A stretch of DNA of 64,000 nt from Paraspadella gotoi (taxonomy: Eukaryota; Animalia; Chaetognatha): assembly GCA_051294375.1 (NCBI GenBank), contig CM119268.1, positions 11,552,200 to 11,616,199 on the forward strand, written 5' to 3'. The notes beneath the pieces were generated by a model, which saw nothing but the letters and a program-made list of their open reading frames with translations, had not been told where the DNA came from and made no database searches. Position numbers and translations under genes: made by a program. Position 1 is the first letter of the stretch. Each line of letters opens with the position of its first letter. Below, in pieces: positions 1-13,086 of this stretch.

Positions 1-1169
1 TCTATGTCTCTCTCTTTCTTTCNNNNNNNNNNNNNNNNNNNNNNNNNNNNNNNNNNNNNNNNNNNNNNNNNNNNNNNNNNNNNNNNNNNNNNNNNNNNNN
101 NNNNNNNNNNNNNNNNNNNNNNNNNNNNNNNNNNNNNNNNNNNNNNNNNNNNNNNNNNNNNNNNNNNNNNNNNNNNNNNNNNNNNNNNNNNNNNNNNNNN
201 NNNNNNNNNNNNNNNNNNNNNNNNNNNNNNNNNNNNNNNNNNNNNNNNNNNNNNNNNNNNNNNNNNNNNNNNNNNNNNNNNNNAACCAATATAAAAGTGT
301 TAGTGAAGACAGATATATTTAATATTATCATTAACCAAAATGAATAACTAAACTGATCTCTTTCATCTAGAGGCCCTCAATCTCTTGATAAATTCCCACA
401 GTCCACCCGGCTCCATCGGCGTTAACAAAATGCTCTGAAATCTGCATTGTGCCCATTACCAGTTGCGGGACTGTCGATGTTGCTGCCAGAAAAGAGTTTC
501 ATACACAAAAAGTAGAAAATCTAATTTAGGTCGAAATTTTGTTTGTTTGTTTATTTATTATGTTGATCTATCTTCCAACTACTTTAAAAATGTTTTCTGC
601 ATACAGCATATTCGACTCTTCAAATCAATTTATCGGTCAACCCCTTACATCTTATTGGTAAAAATTGAGATATATTATATAGTATGTAGTATAGTCCAGT
701 ATCCATTCTTCCATCTAAAAAAAACTAATGCTCATCAATTTCCTAATTAAAATATCACTTAAAATAAGAAATATGTAAGACTCATGTCACGACTCATCAT
801 GTTGAAATCTCTGTGTACTTACTTAAATGATCTGAATAGCCGATGTGCGCAGATCCGATATTGTATGTTCAAACTTGTTTCTTTCTCTTTTTTACGTTCC
901 TAATCACTCCTTCAAAAAATTTCCTTTTTTCTTTCCTCTTTCGTCCTTCTGTGCTCTGAACTAGTTCGTCCCGAAAAATCTTTCTCTCTTTTCGTTCTTT
1001 CAACAAAAGAGCAAACTGCACGAGAAGGAAATATTGGAAAGAAAACTGGAAAAAAAAAGTCTGACAGAAAAAAGTGAGACAGAAAGAACTTGGATAAATG
1101 ACTTGACGGGAAAAGGGTGATAAAATTTGCAGTTTCAATTTGTTTTCGCTTAAATAATATTAAAGGGGG

Positions 1170-2170
1170 AAGAATTGGTCATGGTTGTGTTTTTTTTTTA
1201 TATGATTCCTTTTCTTTTTTTTTTTACAAAAAAATTTAATAGGGTTTATATTATGTTTGAGTTTTTTTGATTCCAGTTTTTTTTTAATTTTTAGGTTAGG
1301 TATCAACCGGAAAAACTTAATGCATGTAGTTATTTAGCCTCTATACACTATTATGGTTCTTTCCTTTGTTATATATGTATGTATGGTGAAAAATCTATAT
1401 ATATATATATATATAGATTTTTCTCCAAGGAATTTTTGTTTTTTTATTTTATTAGTTATATAGTAAAACTCCTATATATATACTACATATTTGATTCCCT
1501 AAAGCTCATGTGAAGCACCTGTAGCAGATCAATAGTTTTAGCTGGTATTTTGCTAAAGATGGAACTTACGTCTTTTCATTTTTTTTCCAACTATATATTT
1601 TAGGGGTATTCAATATTTTTTTATATTATTCTTATTGTGGGGGAGCTTTTAGAACTCTTTTATGTCTTCGGTCAGATTGATATAAAAAACTTAGTGGCAT
1701 ACTCTAGAGTTTGTTTCATATGCTATAGCTTCTTTGGATTAATGAGAGGTATGAAATTAGGTTTTTCTGGGTGTCTCATGTTATGTATTTCACATGTCTT
1801 TGTTCACAATATTGTTTGGTTTAGTAAGATTTTATATTCAAATTCGCATACGCGTTTGTTAAATTTTAATAAGGGATTTAGAAGAAATGGTTTTTAATCT
1901 TTATTATTTTTTCTTAATCGCTGTAAATATGTCAGTTCTCCATCATTAAATTTTTAGGGAATTTTTTGTATTTCTTCAATTTTTTAGAGTCTTTTTCTTT
2001 TCATTTTTTTTTTTTAGGAATTGGTTGTTTTGGCAGAGTAGTATATAATTTATATTTTAATATTCAATTACTCATGGAAAGAATATATTTTTTGTGGAAA
2101 TTATTTAAATTATAATAATTCTTTTTATAGGCTCTTTTTGTGTTGGGATATTTTTTATTTTATATTTTTC
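1170..2170 (+). pseudogene. nad4: NADH dehydrogenase subunit 4, 5'-truncated and frameshifted
   Basis: Motifs GYQPEKLNA (~1299), [25 protein letters not shown] (~1486-1560, with indels) and QIDMKNLVAYSSV (~1673-1711). Confidence 0.9.
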
Positions 2171-2179
2171 TATAACTAT

Positions 2180-2422
2180 TTATGATAAAAGTAATAATAT
2201 ATGGAATATTTATATTTATTTTGAGTTTTTGCAGAAAAAATCTCATTTTTATCTTGTTTGTTGACATTTAGAATCTTTAGTTTTATTCATCTTTGTAACT
2301 TTTGTATTATTAAAGTTTATGTTATATATATTGTGACCTTTCTGTGTGTAGGTGCTTGTGAGGCAACTATTGGATTAAGAGCATTATTATATTGTGCGAT
2401 TACAGGTAAAGAAACAAAATAA
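2180..2422 (+). pseudogene. nad4L: NADH dehydrogenase subunit 4L, frameshifted
   Basis: TFLCVGACEATIGLSAL (~2335-2386), the ND4L A-C-E-A-x-x-G-L motif. Confidence 0.8.
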
Positions 2423-2434
2423 AATCTTTTTTTA

Positions 2435-3960
2435 ATGATAATAGATATATTTGGTGTGTATATTATTATCTATTAATATATTATTTCTCAAGGTAATTTT
2501 TTCGATTGTTTAATTTTCCTCTTTAAAAATGTCATTGATTAGGGAATAGATACTCTTTGTTTTTTTTTTTTTAACTCTAACAATTGTTAGAAGAAGAGTT
2601 TTTCTTTGGACTGATTATTATATATCCAATTCTATTTTTTTGAAACGTTTTATATCATTAGTAATTTATTTGTGTTTCCATAATGATGTTTAATTTTTTG
2701 CCCGGAATTGAATTTTTAGAATAGTAGGTGGAGGATGGTTTAGGAGTAACAGTCTTTTTTATTGGTTATTTTTTTTAAAACCCGAAAAGCTTTGAGGGGG
2801 CTTATTACTGCCTTCATCACAATCGAATGGGTGCTTGTTTTTTTCTTCTTAGAATTCCATTATTTTTCTTTAATGGTGATATTTTTTAATCCAACTTTTT
2901 TTTGATTTTTTGTGTGTTTTTTTTTTTATCCTTAACTAAAAAGAGCTCAAAGTTCCCTTTTTCTACTTGACTTCCTTCTGCTAATAGCAGCTCCTCACTC
3001 CTGTTAGAGCTTTAGTAATCATCAACTTTAGTAACTGCCGGCATTATTTATTAATTCGATATAATTTTTTTAAATTTTATATTTCTTGTCAATTGTTGGG
3101 GACTTTACACTAATTATAGCTGGGTTTAGAGCTTGTTCTGACATTGATGTAAAAAATTAGTTGCATTTATCTACATTATCTCAATTAGGAGGTAATGTTT
3201 GTTATTGAGGCTTATCCAAAAAAAACTAGCTTTTTATCATTATAACTCATGCATTATTTAAGCTTTGTTGTTTATGTGTGTTGGAATTGTAATCATAATT
3301 TATTTGGGTTTCTCCAAGAGTTCCGAGAAAAAGGAACTCTAGGAGCAGCAGGATTTAGACAATTGGTTTTTTTATTATTAGAACATTTTTGCTTTAATAG
3401 GTTTTCCCATATATCAGTTTTTTAGAAGATAGAATTTAGAATTTTTTTTTATAAAGATATTCTTTTTTTTAATACTTCTTTTTTTGTTTGGAATTGGTTT
3501 AACAACAAGATACTCTTTTTATTTAATTAATTGTGCTTTATATCTTTATTTAGAAAAAAAACCTTATTTAAAAGTTCTTAATGCAAATACTCTTTAAAAT
3601 ACCTTTAAGAATTTTATCAGTAGGAGCAATTGCCGTGGCTTTTTTAACCTTAGATTTTTAGTTATTAGATTTTTTATAAATTATGTAGATTAAATTTTAC
3701 CTGTTTTTTGTATTAATTTAGGTTTGCTGTTAGGAATATATGTTCATTGTCGTTTGAAAAATCGCTATTTTACATACTATATGAGTCTATCATCTCCAGC
3801 TCAAATGGTTCTCTCCTCTAGAAGAATTAGCAAAATTGGAAATATAGACAAAAGTTGGTTTGATTGATTTTCATATTGACCATTAGTTGCTATTTTACAG
3901 CCTTGGTTTACAGATTTTTAAGAAGTTTATTAATACTTTTGGAATTTTATTCATTATTTT
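2435..3960 (+). pseudogene. nad5: NADH dehydrogenase subunit 5, frameshifted
   Basis: GW(E)DGLGVTS (~2727), NRMG (2821), [33 protein letters not shown] (~2935-3043, with indels) and THALFKALLFMCVG (~3245). Confidence 0.9.
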
Positions 3961-4047
3961 ATAATTCGGCTTATATACTTTGCATGTTTCTAGATAATTC
4001 TTTTTTTAGAAGGAAGAGATAAAAGAGGGGGGAGAGGATGTACATAT

Positions 4048-4551
4048 TATTCTAGCAGCAGTTTCCACTACTACTACTTTGTACGACTTACTCTAAGTTT
4101 TTTAGAGCTGACGGGCGATTGTGCTGTAAGATTATAATTCAATATTTTATTTTTTACTTTTTGATTCTAAAAAAATGTCTCTAAATACCATAGTTAAAGC
4201 ATTAAGACTACATTAGAGGTTTTTAGAAAAACATCTTGTGGCATACACCGTTTATATTATGTATTTATAGTGGTTATCTTATTGGAGCCTCAACGTTTCT
4301 TACCCGCCAAGTTTTTGATTTTCATCTTTTTGTCTTTTTTAAAAGGGTATCTAATCCTTGTTATTAATAAGATTTAAATTTTAAAAAATTTTATCTATAT
4401 ATATAATAAACCTATTCTTAAAATAATTTTTAAAAATCGTATAACCGCGGGTGCTGGCACGAATTTTTATCCTAGAGCAACTTTTTCCTTTTGTAAAAAA
4501 TATTCAGAACTGAACTATTTTCATGTTCTCTTTTGTAGAAAAAAAATTTAA
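4048..4551 (-). rRNA. rrnS: Mitochondrial 12S rRNA (rrnS) copy
   Basis: Minus-strand universal SSU motifs GTGCCAGCACCCGCGGTTATACG (4438-4460), AGGATTAGATACCC (~4344-4358), CAATCGCCCGTCA (~4109-4121) and GTAAGTCGTACAA plus the terminal hairpin (~4050-4092). Confidence 0.88.
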
Positions 4552-4625
4552 GTTCTAAACAAAAAATTAAGATTTCTATTTTTGAGGTATGAACTCAATA
4601 GCCTTTTTTTCAGCTTATTAAAAAA
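4552..4625 (-). tRNA. trnM: Mitochondrial tRNA-Met (CAU) copy
   Basis: Minus strand ...TAAGCTG-A-rich-GGCT-A-TTGAG-TTCATAC-CTCAA-AAAT-AGAAA...TTTTT: D stem, perfect 5-bp anticodon stem with CAT anticodon (+ strand atg 4589-4591) and T arm. Confidence 0.8.
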
Positions 4626-4629
4626 AAAA

Positions 4630-5390
4630 CCTCATCAGTAAATACATAATGTATAAGAACAGTCATACTACATCAACGAAATGTCAGTATCATGCTCTTG
4701 CTTCAAACCGAAATGATGGTTATTTCTAAAATGATGATTTAAATGACGAAAATAAATAGTAATAATGATGATGTTCCAATAATTACATGAAGCCCGTGAA
4801 AACCTGTAGCTACAAAAAAATGTTCTACCATACACCTGTCTGCTATTGAAAAAGGGACTTAAATAATATTCTTGGTTGTAAAATAGTAATAATATAAGCC
4901 CAAAACAATTGTTAAAAATAAACTAATTGTGGTTTCTAGTCAGTTATTATACTATTAAAGCTATATGAGCTCATGTAATGGTTGCTCTCTTCTTAGTAAA
5001 ATATTGTGTTTAACAAAATACTTCAAAGGGTTAATCCTATTAATACTGTTGTGGTCAGTTCCTCCCAACTCATCTGTAGGAGAGAGTGAGGAGTGGAAAA
5101 AAGCCCAAAAAAAAGAGAAAAAAAAACAACTTCAGATGTAATAAAGAGATTATTCCTATTCGTATTCCATTTTCTACTTTAGAGTATGGCCTTTCCTTGA
5201 ATGTTGCTTCCGTGAAATATCTCGTCATCACTGGATTATAGTAATACTGTTAAAAAAGATCAAATAAAATTAATATTATACCAAACCATGAATTCATTCA
5301 GCTAAACCTTTGTAATAAAAAAAGCTCCTACCGCTCCGTTAGTGGTCATGTAAGTCTACAAATATGAAAAGGGTGTTTTGTCCATCATTC
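4630..5390 (-). pseudogene. cox3: Cytochrome c oxidase subunit III, frameshifted
   Basis: HPFH near the start (~5365-5376), QWWRD..REATF.GHT (~5185-5235), FFVATGFSGLHVIIG (~4775-4820) and AWYWHFVDVVWLF (~4657-4695). Confidence 0.92.
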
Positions 5391-5399
5391 CACAAAGAA

Positions 5400-6230
5400 A
5401 GAAATTCCTGTATTGGAAGTAAAATGTAATGACTATGCTAGTATTAGCATTGGGTAATAATATAAAAAAATAATATAAAGAGAATTCCATTATAGTTGTG
5501 TCTTTTTTCTTGAAAAAAATTATATAGAACGAATATAAGCTGTTAATGATAAGAATCTTCCTATTATACGAAAAAATATAATTTTGAAAAAATATTATCT
5601 GAAAAGTTTAAAAAAAACCAGGTATAGGTGGCACCCCGCCCAAATTTTAATAAAGATAATTATAAAATAAATAAGACTTATAATAATAAATGTATAAAAA
5701 AAATAATAATTATATAAACTCTAAAATATCTTATATGTAAATTCTTGAAATCAAAGATAAATTCATCTTCAATGTACAAAGCTCTAAATATAATATAGGG
5801 TTGGGATTCTTCTGATAATAATGAAAAAATCCTCCTAAAAGCCTATTAATAAAGATAATAATAATATAGAACTAGAAAGAAATCTTAACAAAATTAAAGG
5901 ATTTAGTTTTTTGTCAGATAGTAAAGTAAGAAATTTGAGGGGATTAATTTTATTACTAAAGCACTCAAAAATGAAGAGGTATTAAAACCTATTTAGTATA
6001 AATCCGAGGAGAAGAAGAAAAATATTTTCTTCTTATAAATTGATAACCCCCCCCGAAAAGAATATAAGAAGCCTACTCTCTGGATATAAAATAAGTTATT
6101 GCATTTTGCTTTTTTAAAAAAGGAATAAAACTTTATAAGCGTTTACTTCTATTCCTATCCATAAAACTACCCAAGATGATGTTGAAATCACTATTAAAGT
6201 GCCTAAGGACTATTCCTATCATTCAGTTAA
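5400..6230 (-). pseudogene. nad2: NADH dehydrogenase subunit 2, frameshifted
   Basis: WVVLWMGMEVNA (6138-6173) and GGVPPMPGF (~5615-5640), matching the ND2 N-terminal and GGLPP motifs. Confidence 0.75.
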
Positions 6231-6235
6231 AAGCT

Positions 6236-6320
6236 GATTAAACATTCAGTCAAGCCCCAAAAAATCATTCGTAAATTAAACCTAATATAATTACAGCCAA
6301 AAAAAAAGAGAATTAGCTTC
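6236..6320 (-). pseudogene. nad3: NADH dehydrogenase subunit 3, 3' fragment
   Basis: C-terminal LGLIYEWFFG.LDW motif (~6245-6285). Similarity stops at ~6320, the segment boundary. Confidence 0.7.
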
Positions 6321-6531
6321 TGATGACCGAAAGAGCGTAAATCGTCGACGTGGAATGAATTATCCTTTTTTCAGATGAGACGAAATCGATTCATACATAA
6401 AACTTGCTAAGTATAAATAAAAATAGCTTAGAAATATTTGCAGTATCGTTTTTACTTTATCAGTTACTATTTCGAACTTATTGTTTTTTTTCTTCGTAAG
6501 TAGGTTTGTATTTCTTTCTTCTTTCTGTCTC

Positions 6532-6585
<54 letters not shown>

Positions 6586-6747
6586 TCTCTCTTCTCTTCT
6601 CTCTCTCTCCCTCTCATGCTCTCGCGACACAGGCGGAACACGAACAAAACTCTGTTTCGGTTGTCGTCGACCCCGGGATCTAAATCACCCTTTAAAAAAC
6701 AGAGATTTATGAATATTTGACGCAACAACTGCGCCACGTTTGCACTG

Positions 6748-6788
<41 letters not shown>

Positions 6789-7761
6789 AGAGAGAAGAGA
6801 AATGGGATAGAAAAAGAGAACTAGGAACAGAGAAGAAGAAGGAGTAAAAAAAAGAGTTGAAAGGAGTAGAAATTTATCATTNNNNNNNNNNNNNNNNNNN
6901 NNNNNNCTGGATTTTCCTCCATTGAAATCGAATTAGGGAACGAAGGCCGAGGGCAGAAAGAATCGAGAGTACGATGAAAACGACGACGACGACGACGACG
7001 AACGTGAAGAGGGTGACCCAGACCAATAAACAAAGAAAATGGGAAAGAAATGACGTTGTCGTCGGATAAGAAAGAAGAGACAAGTGATATGACAGACGAT
7101 AAAATATTTGGTGACCGTACGCAGTAAACATTCGATGATGAAAGTTGCGCTAAAACGAATCCGAATATCGACCACAATTTCGACATAACGATGAAAAAAA
7201 AAATCATGATTAGTCGTAATTATTCCATAAATTCAGTTTCTGGTCACCATGTGCCGGTTGCAGCCATTTGCCGAAATTGGGAATTTTGATCGAGTGATTC
7301 ATGCAAAAAAAGTCCTTCTTATTTTTACGTCTTAAAACTAAAATGGTATAGGCTTGACGTAATTTAGCCTAATTTTCTAATATATACGCATGTTAAGAGT
7401 CGTTATACTTACTAAACGGCAATAAGGATTCCTTAAAAATGAGTAGGAATCATAAATGCGCGACAGGCTCTAAAATCTGCCACACCCCTATTCGTCACTA
7501 GCGCCGCCTTTCCCGCGGCGCTGACTTTGTGCTGCGCTGCTGCTTCGTCGCCTTTCCTGCCACGGCGGCGTCAGGCGAGACAGAAAAGAAAAAACCCCGC
7601 GAAAATATCGATCCTTTTTTCGATTTCGCGGCGACGAAATCGCGAACAAAACGACATCGACGTCCGAGTCGACGACCGAAGAAGCCTTTTTCAGTTTGTG
7701 GCGACATCGTTAACAGAAATTCTTTTGAATACGATGGAATCGGGATCGAGCCTTGGGAGAT

Positions 7762-8136
7762 TCTGGTGACCTGAATTGACCTCGGTCAATTAACTTACCC
7801 TCGTCGCAAAAATACAACTCACCAAACAATATGAAACCTCAACGTCTTTGTTCTCGTCGTCGTCGGTCAACTCTCTCTCTCTCTCTCTCTCCATCCTTTA
7901 TATGATGAAAAATCTGGTTTTTTTCTCTCTCTCTAAAATAACGTCGTCTTAACCTTTTATTATTCGTTTTGTCTACAATCAATTTTGCCTCAAGTATTTT
8001 CGTCTATTTTTATTATTGTTAGTACGTTGTAATAACGTATACATTTCTCAATTGTAAATATTGTTTTTTATTGTAAGTAGTTGTATTTTTGCGACGAGGG
8101 TAAGTTAATTGACCGAGGTCAATTCAGGTCACCAGA
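7762..8136. mobile_element. MITE with perfect ~58-bp terminal inverted repeats
   Basis: TCTGGTGACCTGAATTGACCTCGGTCAATTAACTTACCCTCGTCGCAAAAATACAACT at 7762-7819 and its exact reverse complement at 8079-8136. Flanked by AGAT on both sides (a 2-bp GA TSD reading is also possible). Confidence 0.8.
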
Positions 8137-8840
8137 AGATCAACTTTTTTTGAACGGCCGTGAATTTTAGGAGATTAATCGATAAGTTTTACTCACTTTC
8201 TAACTGTTAACGAGATATTTTCAAAACAATCAATATATATATATATATATATCAATATAATCCATTACTTTTTTTATTTTTTTAGATTTAAAAATAACTC
8301 TTATTAATGATTTTATTAATATGTTAAAATATTTTTTGTGTTAAATATCTAATTATAATATTACTTATCTCTTTGGAATGGGGACGTTAGTGTTATATTC
8401 TGGAAATAGAGGATGCATCTACACAACACAAGGTTAGATAGCTTTCTGTTCCAGTTTTATAATAGATATCGTACATCATTCCTGTTGGAAAATCATTAAT
8501 GAGAAATTCATAATATCTACAAGGCCGAACAAAAAGGGGGGAATGGATATTTTTTTTTTGGGGGGGGGATTAAGGTTATATTGTATGATTATGATTGTTT
8601 GTATGGTGATTGTATAATATATATAAATATATATTTGTTGTACCAATTTCATAAAACCCATTCTTTCTTTTTTTCTTTATTTTTTCCCTCAACTGGTCAG
8701 AAAAAGTTAAAAACGAGTTTCAGTGAATGAGTTTTCTCGCATGAAAGAATCTGGTTTCTATGAAAACTTTTAATCGCGTATTTTTTTAAATTACCACGCA
8801 ATGCAAATACAATTCACGAAATGCTATTTTCATAAAAAAC

Positions 8841-8841
<1 letters not shown>

Positions 8842-8923
<82 letters not shown>
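8842..8923. repeat. (AAT)n microsatellite
   Basis: Uninterrupted AAT run of about 27 units. Confidence 0.95.
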
Positions 8924-8926
<3 letters not shown>

Positions 8927-10856
8927 ACTAGTATAATAATGATACTTTTAAAGAATGTTCTCTATGAATTCAAACTAAACCTCAACATAATCTTCGACAA
9001 AATCTTGATTTATTTTATAAAAAGGAATTATTAGAAAGACAGCGTCTTTGGCAGAACTGCTTGTATCTTTAATCTTCTTAGTTTTCATTCATTCTCAGTT
9101 TTCCAGTTTGCTAATGTCAAATACCGTGTGGCGTACAACCTTTGTATGCGCATCCATGAATCATAACGACCTAACCCCGACGTGTCCAAACAAACACGGA
9201 GAAACCTTTGACAACCAATCGAACATACAAACGAATAAACTCTGATCAAAGATTATTTCAGTTTTTTTGAAGGAGAAACAAAGAACTCATGGAGGAAGAA
9301 ATTCGCGAGCACGATCCATTGTTTGTCGATTCAAATTTTATTTCGATACAGCGACCTTTTTCAGAATTCAGATTCTGGGATATTTATCAACTTATCGAAT
9401 TATTAACTCGAAAATATTACTATCTGTAGATGAGTTCATCAGAAAGACGCAATAGTTTTTTTTTTTTATAGTTTCCGACGATTAAAATAGCTTAAAAAAA
9501 CTTTTCTTTTTCCCTTTTGGAAACAGACCTGTTTTTCAACGTAGCAAAACACATTTTTTTAAAGGATTTTCTTTATTCACAGATCTTTAATTCTTTTTCT
9601 CCCTTTTTTTTCCACGTCGCCCCTTAACGCTTACTCGTCTGCCGCGCAGAGAGGGCCATTAGCTTAGCTCCCGTTATGGTTGTCCGAGTTTTTGTGAGAA
9701 AACGTTTGCTCTACGAACGCCTTGTTTGTTTTCCTTGTTTTCGTTTTCTGGTCTATTTACTTACGGTTACGCATGCCTTGCAGAAAACTTTTCTTTTTCT
9801 TTTTACTTATAAGTTATATATATAAAGTAAAAACGTGGAAACGTCTAACAAGATAAGTTTTGAGTTCAATCATTGTCCGTAAAACGTTTGAAGCTTGCGC
9901 AAAAATAAAGCTTTGTTCCATATGGCCTCGAGTTTTTCCAAGGAGGTTCACATTTATAGACGTTACGAAAGATGGCAAACAGTGTATATTGAGAATACAG
10001 TTATGATACTTAAACGTACGTACCAGAGAAATTAAAGGATCGAACGCTCGTCCGGGGATTTAAAAATAAAATCCTTTTTTTTAAGAAAAAAAAACGTTAA
10101 AAGACGAAATTCCGATGGTGAAATGACGTCATCTAAAAGTCACGTGATCATCCTGAGACGACGAGAAGAAAAGAAGAGACTCCTCGGCCGGCGAAGGTCC
10201 TGATGGAAAGAAGTTATGGTGCGAGGAGGAAGAGGAGGATGAGGAGGAGGATGAGGAGCACTGGGAAGAGTTGTCGAGGAGGAGGAGGAGGAGGAGGAGG
10301 ATGACGTGCTGATAGAGGGAGAAAAAGGATGTGAAGGAGGAAGGAAAAATGAATGGGGGGAAGAGGTGTGAAGGGAGGAAGAAATAAGGAGAATGAAAAG
10401 AGAAGAAGGGAGGAAAGGAAAGAAAAGTAAAGGAGGAAAAGAAAAGAAAAGAAAAGAAAAGAAAAGANNNNNNNNNNAAAGAAAAGAAAAGAAAAGAAAA
10501 GAAAAAAGGAAAACCAAATAAAATCTGTGAAAATAAGGGTAAAGAGTAAAAAGGAGAAACGAATTTCGTAGACAAAAGAATAACTTATTAAAAAATTAGG
10601 GAAAATGAGAGCCGAAGATGACGCATTAGCATGATTTCTCATTTTCACAAAAATTACGCTTCTTTGTAGTCAAAACAGATTCGGCGAAAAAAAACTAGAG
10701 ATGAAGGTGACGACGAGGACGACGACGACGACGAAGATGACGACGTCAAAAATATAAAAGAAAAGGGCGACCACCTTACGTTTGGATGACAAGGGATTAA
10801 GTTTGATATTCCATTCACTCGCGCAGATTGTGGGTCAGGATACTCCCATAAGAACT

Positions 10857-10917
<61 letters not shown>

Positions 10918-12329
10918 AATCCATTATCAATTCTGACCTCAATTTCGCAGTAGGCAATCAAAATTCCATTTGGGTCCATAAACTATTTCGTTTTGTCCGT
11001 GAGTCGGATTTAAATATTTCAATTGAATTTTTTTTTTTTAAATGAATTTTTCAATGGATCAACTTCGCTCGTACTATTTACGAAATTTTTAGTTTAAATA
11101 TTTAAAAAAAAAACTTTTTTTGACATTTCGTCGCAGGTTTGAGATTTTGCTCAAGAATTTCGTGGAAATGAAAGTTTTATGACTTTTTCTTCGTAAAAAA
11201 TGGATAATTTTTTTTCTTCAAATTTTTGAACCCGCGAAAAACGTAACATCTTGTTCACTTTCACAACATGGTTTTATATTGAACTGTTGTTCCTATTTCT
11301 TTTTCGACGACGGCTCACTCATCGCAGTCAATTAATCTCTTAAAAGTTAAAACCCAATTAAATACTTTTTTCTCTCATTAACTTTTTTAACTTCTTTTTC
11401 TTTTTCTTTCCAATTTTCCCTGCAATAGTTTCGCATTAAATTTGGGGGATTTCAGTCTCTTTTTTCTCTTTTTTTTTGCAAATTTATTATATTCGATGTT
11501 CTTTTTTTTTGGCCTCAGACGCCGACGCCATTTTTTATCGCGAGCAAATAAAACGAAAAATAGAATATGTCGGGTAGAATCGACGCCAGTGTAAGGATCT
11601 GTCACTCTTATCAGAGACCAATGGAAGGAGAGGAAATTCGGAGTGATTCGCGAAAAAAGAGAATCTATGAGCGGGTGACGTTTTACTTTTACTAATTATA
11701 AAAATAGGAACTGAAAAAAAAAAAAATCGTAGCCGAAAGAAAAACTCGCTAAAGCTAATGATCATGACTTCACCATCTTCCCCGATTTTCCGCCATTAAT
11801 TCTATCATCTCTTCTCCAACAGAAGTCAATATTGTTTTTTCCACTCCTCGCCCACGCGTCCCCTTTTTATTTCCGATCGACTTTCCCCCTTAGCATAAAG
11901 ATCGGCTGTCGCTAACTCAGTGAATTCCCGCCCCCATTGCCCAGTCTAAATCCTATGGTTGTCCGTATTCTAAAAGCCGAAAAAAAACCTCGCGGAATTC
12001 AAATTGGCGCAGCGATGGCGCAGCGATGGCGCAGCGATAGTGCAGCGATGGCGCGGCGGTGAGGACGACTGGGTCGCAAAGGAAAGAAACAAAATGAGGG
12101 AGGCGAAAAAAAAGGGGAAAAAGTAGGTCGACGTCATTGAATAGAAAATCAATGGAGCTGAAGTTTGTATTGAATACGACCAGAGAATTATTAGGTTTTA
12201 GCAGGAGAAACTGGAGAGGGCGTTAGGGCGAAAATTCATCTGCTTCTGTCAACTAATCGAAGGAATGATTTCGTTTTTCGGGCTGGACCAAGCATTCTCT
12301 CGGGAAAATTAGAGAGAAGAGAAGAGAAA

Positions 12330-12419
<90 letters not shown>

Positions 12420-12527
12420 GAGAGAGAGAGGGTTGAATTGAATTTTTATTAAGGAAACGGCTACATTGTGCCACTCAAACTTACATCAATTTACAAAAAT
12501 GATATTTCCAGGTTGAAAAGTATTTAA

Positions 12528-12637
<110 letters not shown>

Positions 12638-13029
12638 TTGTGATATTTTTTTAACGTTACGTTAACCTTCTCGAAAACTCTTTGGGTCGAAAAAGAAAAG
12701 AAATGAATTTGATGAGAGAATCGAGCGCGACAGTACGAACAAGATGGCGTCTGCTATCACAAATGCCTTTAAGCGATGCATTTCATGCGTCCATGCAAAG
12801 CAGCAGCACTTAGATACAAGCGTGAAACCCTGTTATTTTGAGGGGGCGAGAGTCGACAGATTCCCCCAGGCAATGCGACTTTTCAGTTAGAAAAAGAAAA
12901 AAAAGAGAAAACGGAAATTGAGAGAAACGAGTTTTGGTGAGAAAATTTAGGGACTTTGTCCTTCTGAGTCGAAGACAGGAAATTGCGAAAAGTTTACGCG
13001 AGATGGTCACTTGTGGGGAAGGGGGTCTG

Positions 13030-13086
<57 letters not shown>

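Larger units (their letters stand above)
1170..6320. other. Mitochondrial-derived segment (NUMT, or mis-incorporated mtDNA read)
   Basis: Contiguous recognisable nad4, nad4L, nad5, rrnS, trnM, cox3, nad2 and partial nad3 read with the invertebrate mitochondrial code (TGA=Trp, AGA=Ser, ATA=Met). Many 1-bp indels. Flanked by nuclear-type sequence. Boundaries approximate. Confidence 0.93.

Noticed and set aside
6320-6350. CTGATGACCGAAAG at the NUMT boundary as a minimal hammerhead
   Set aside because: No proper stem II-GAAA arrangement or closing stems.
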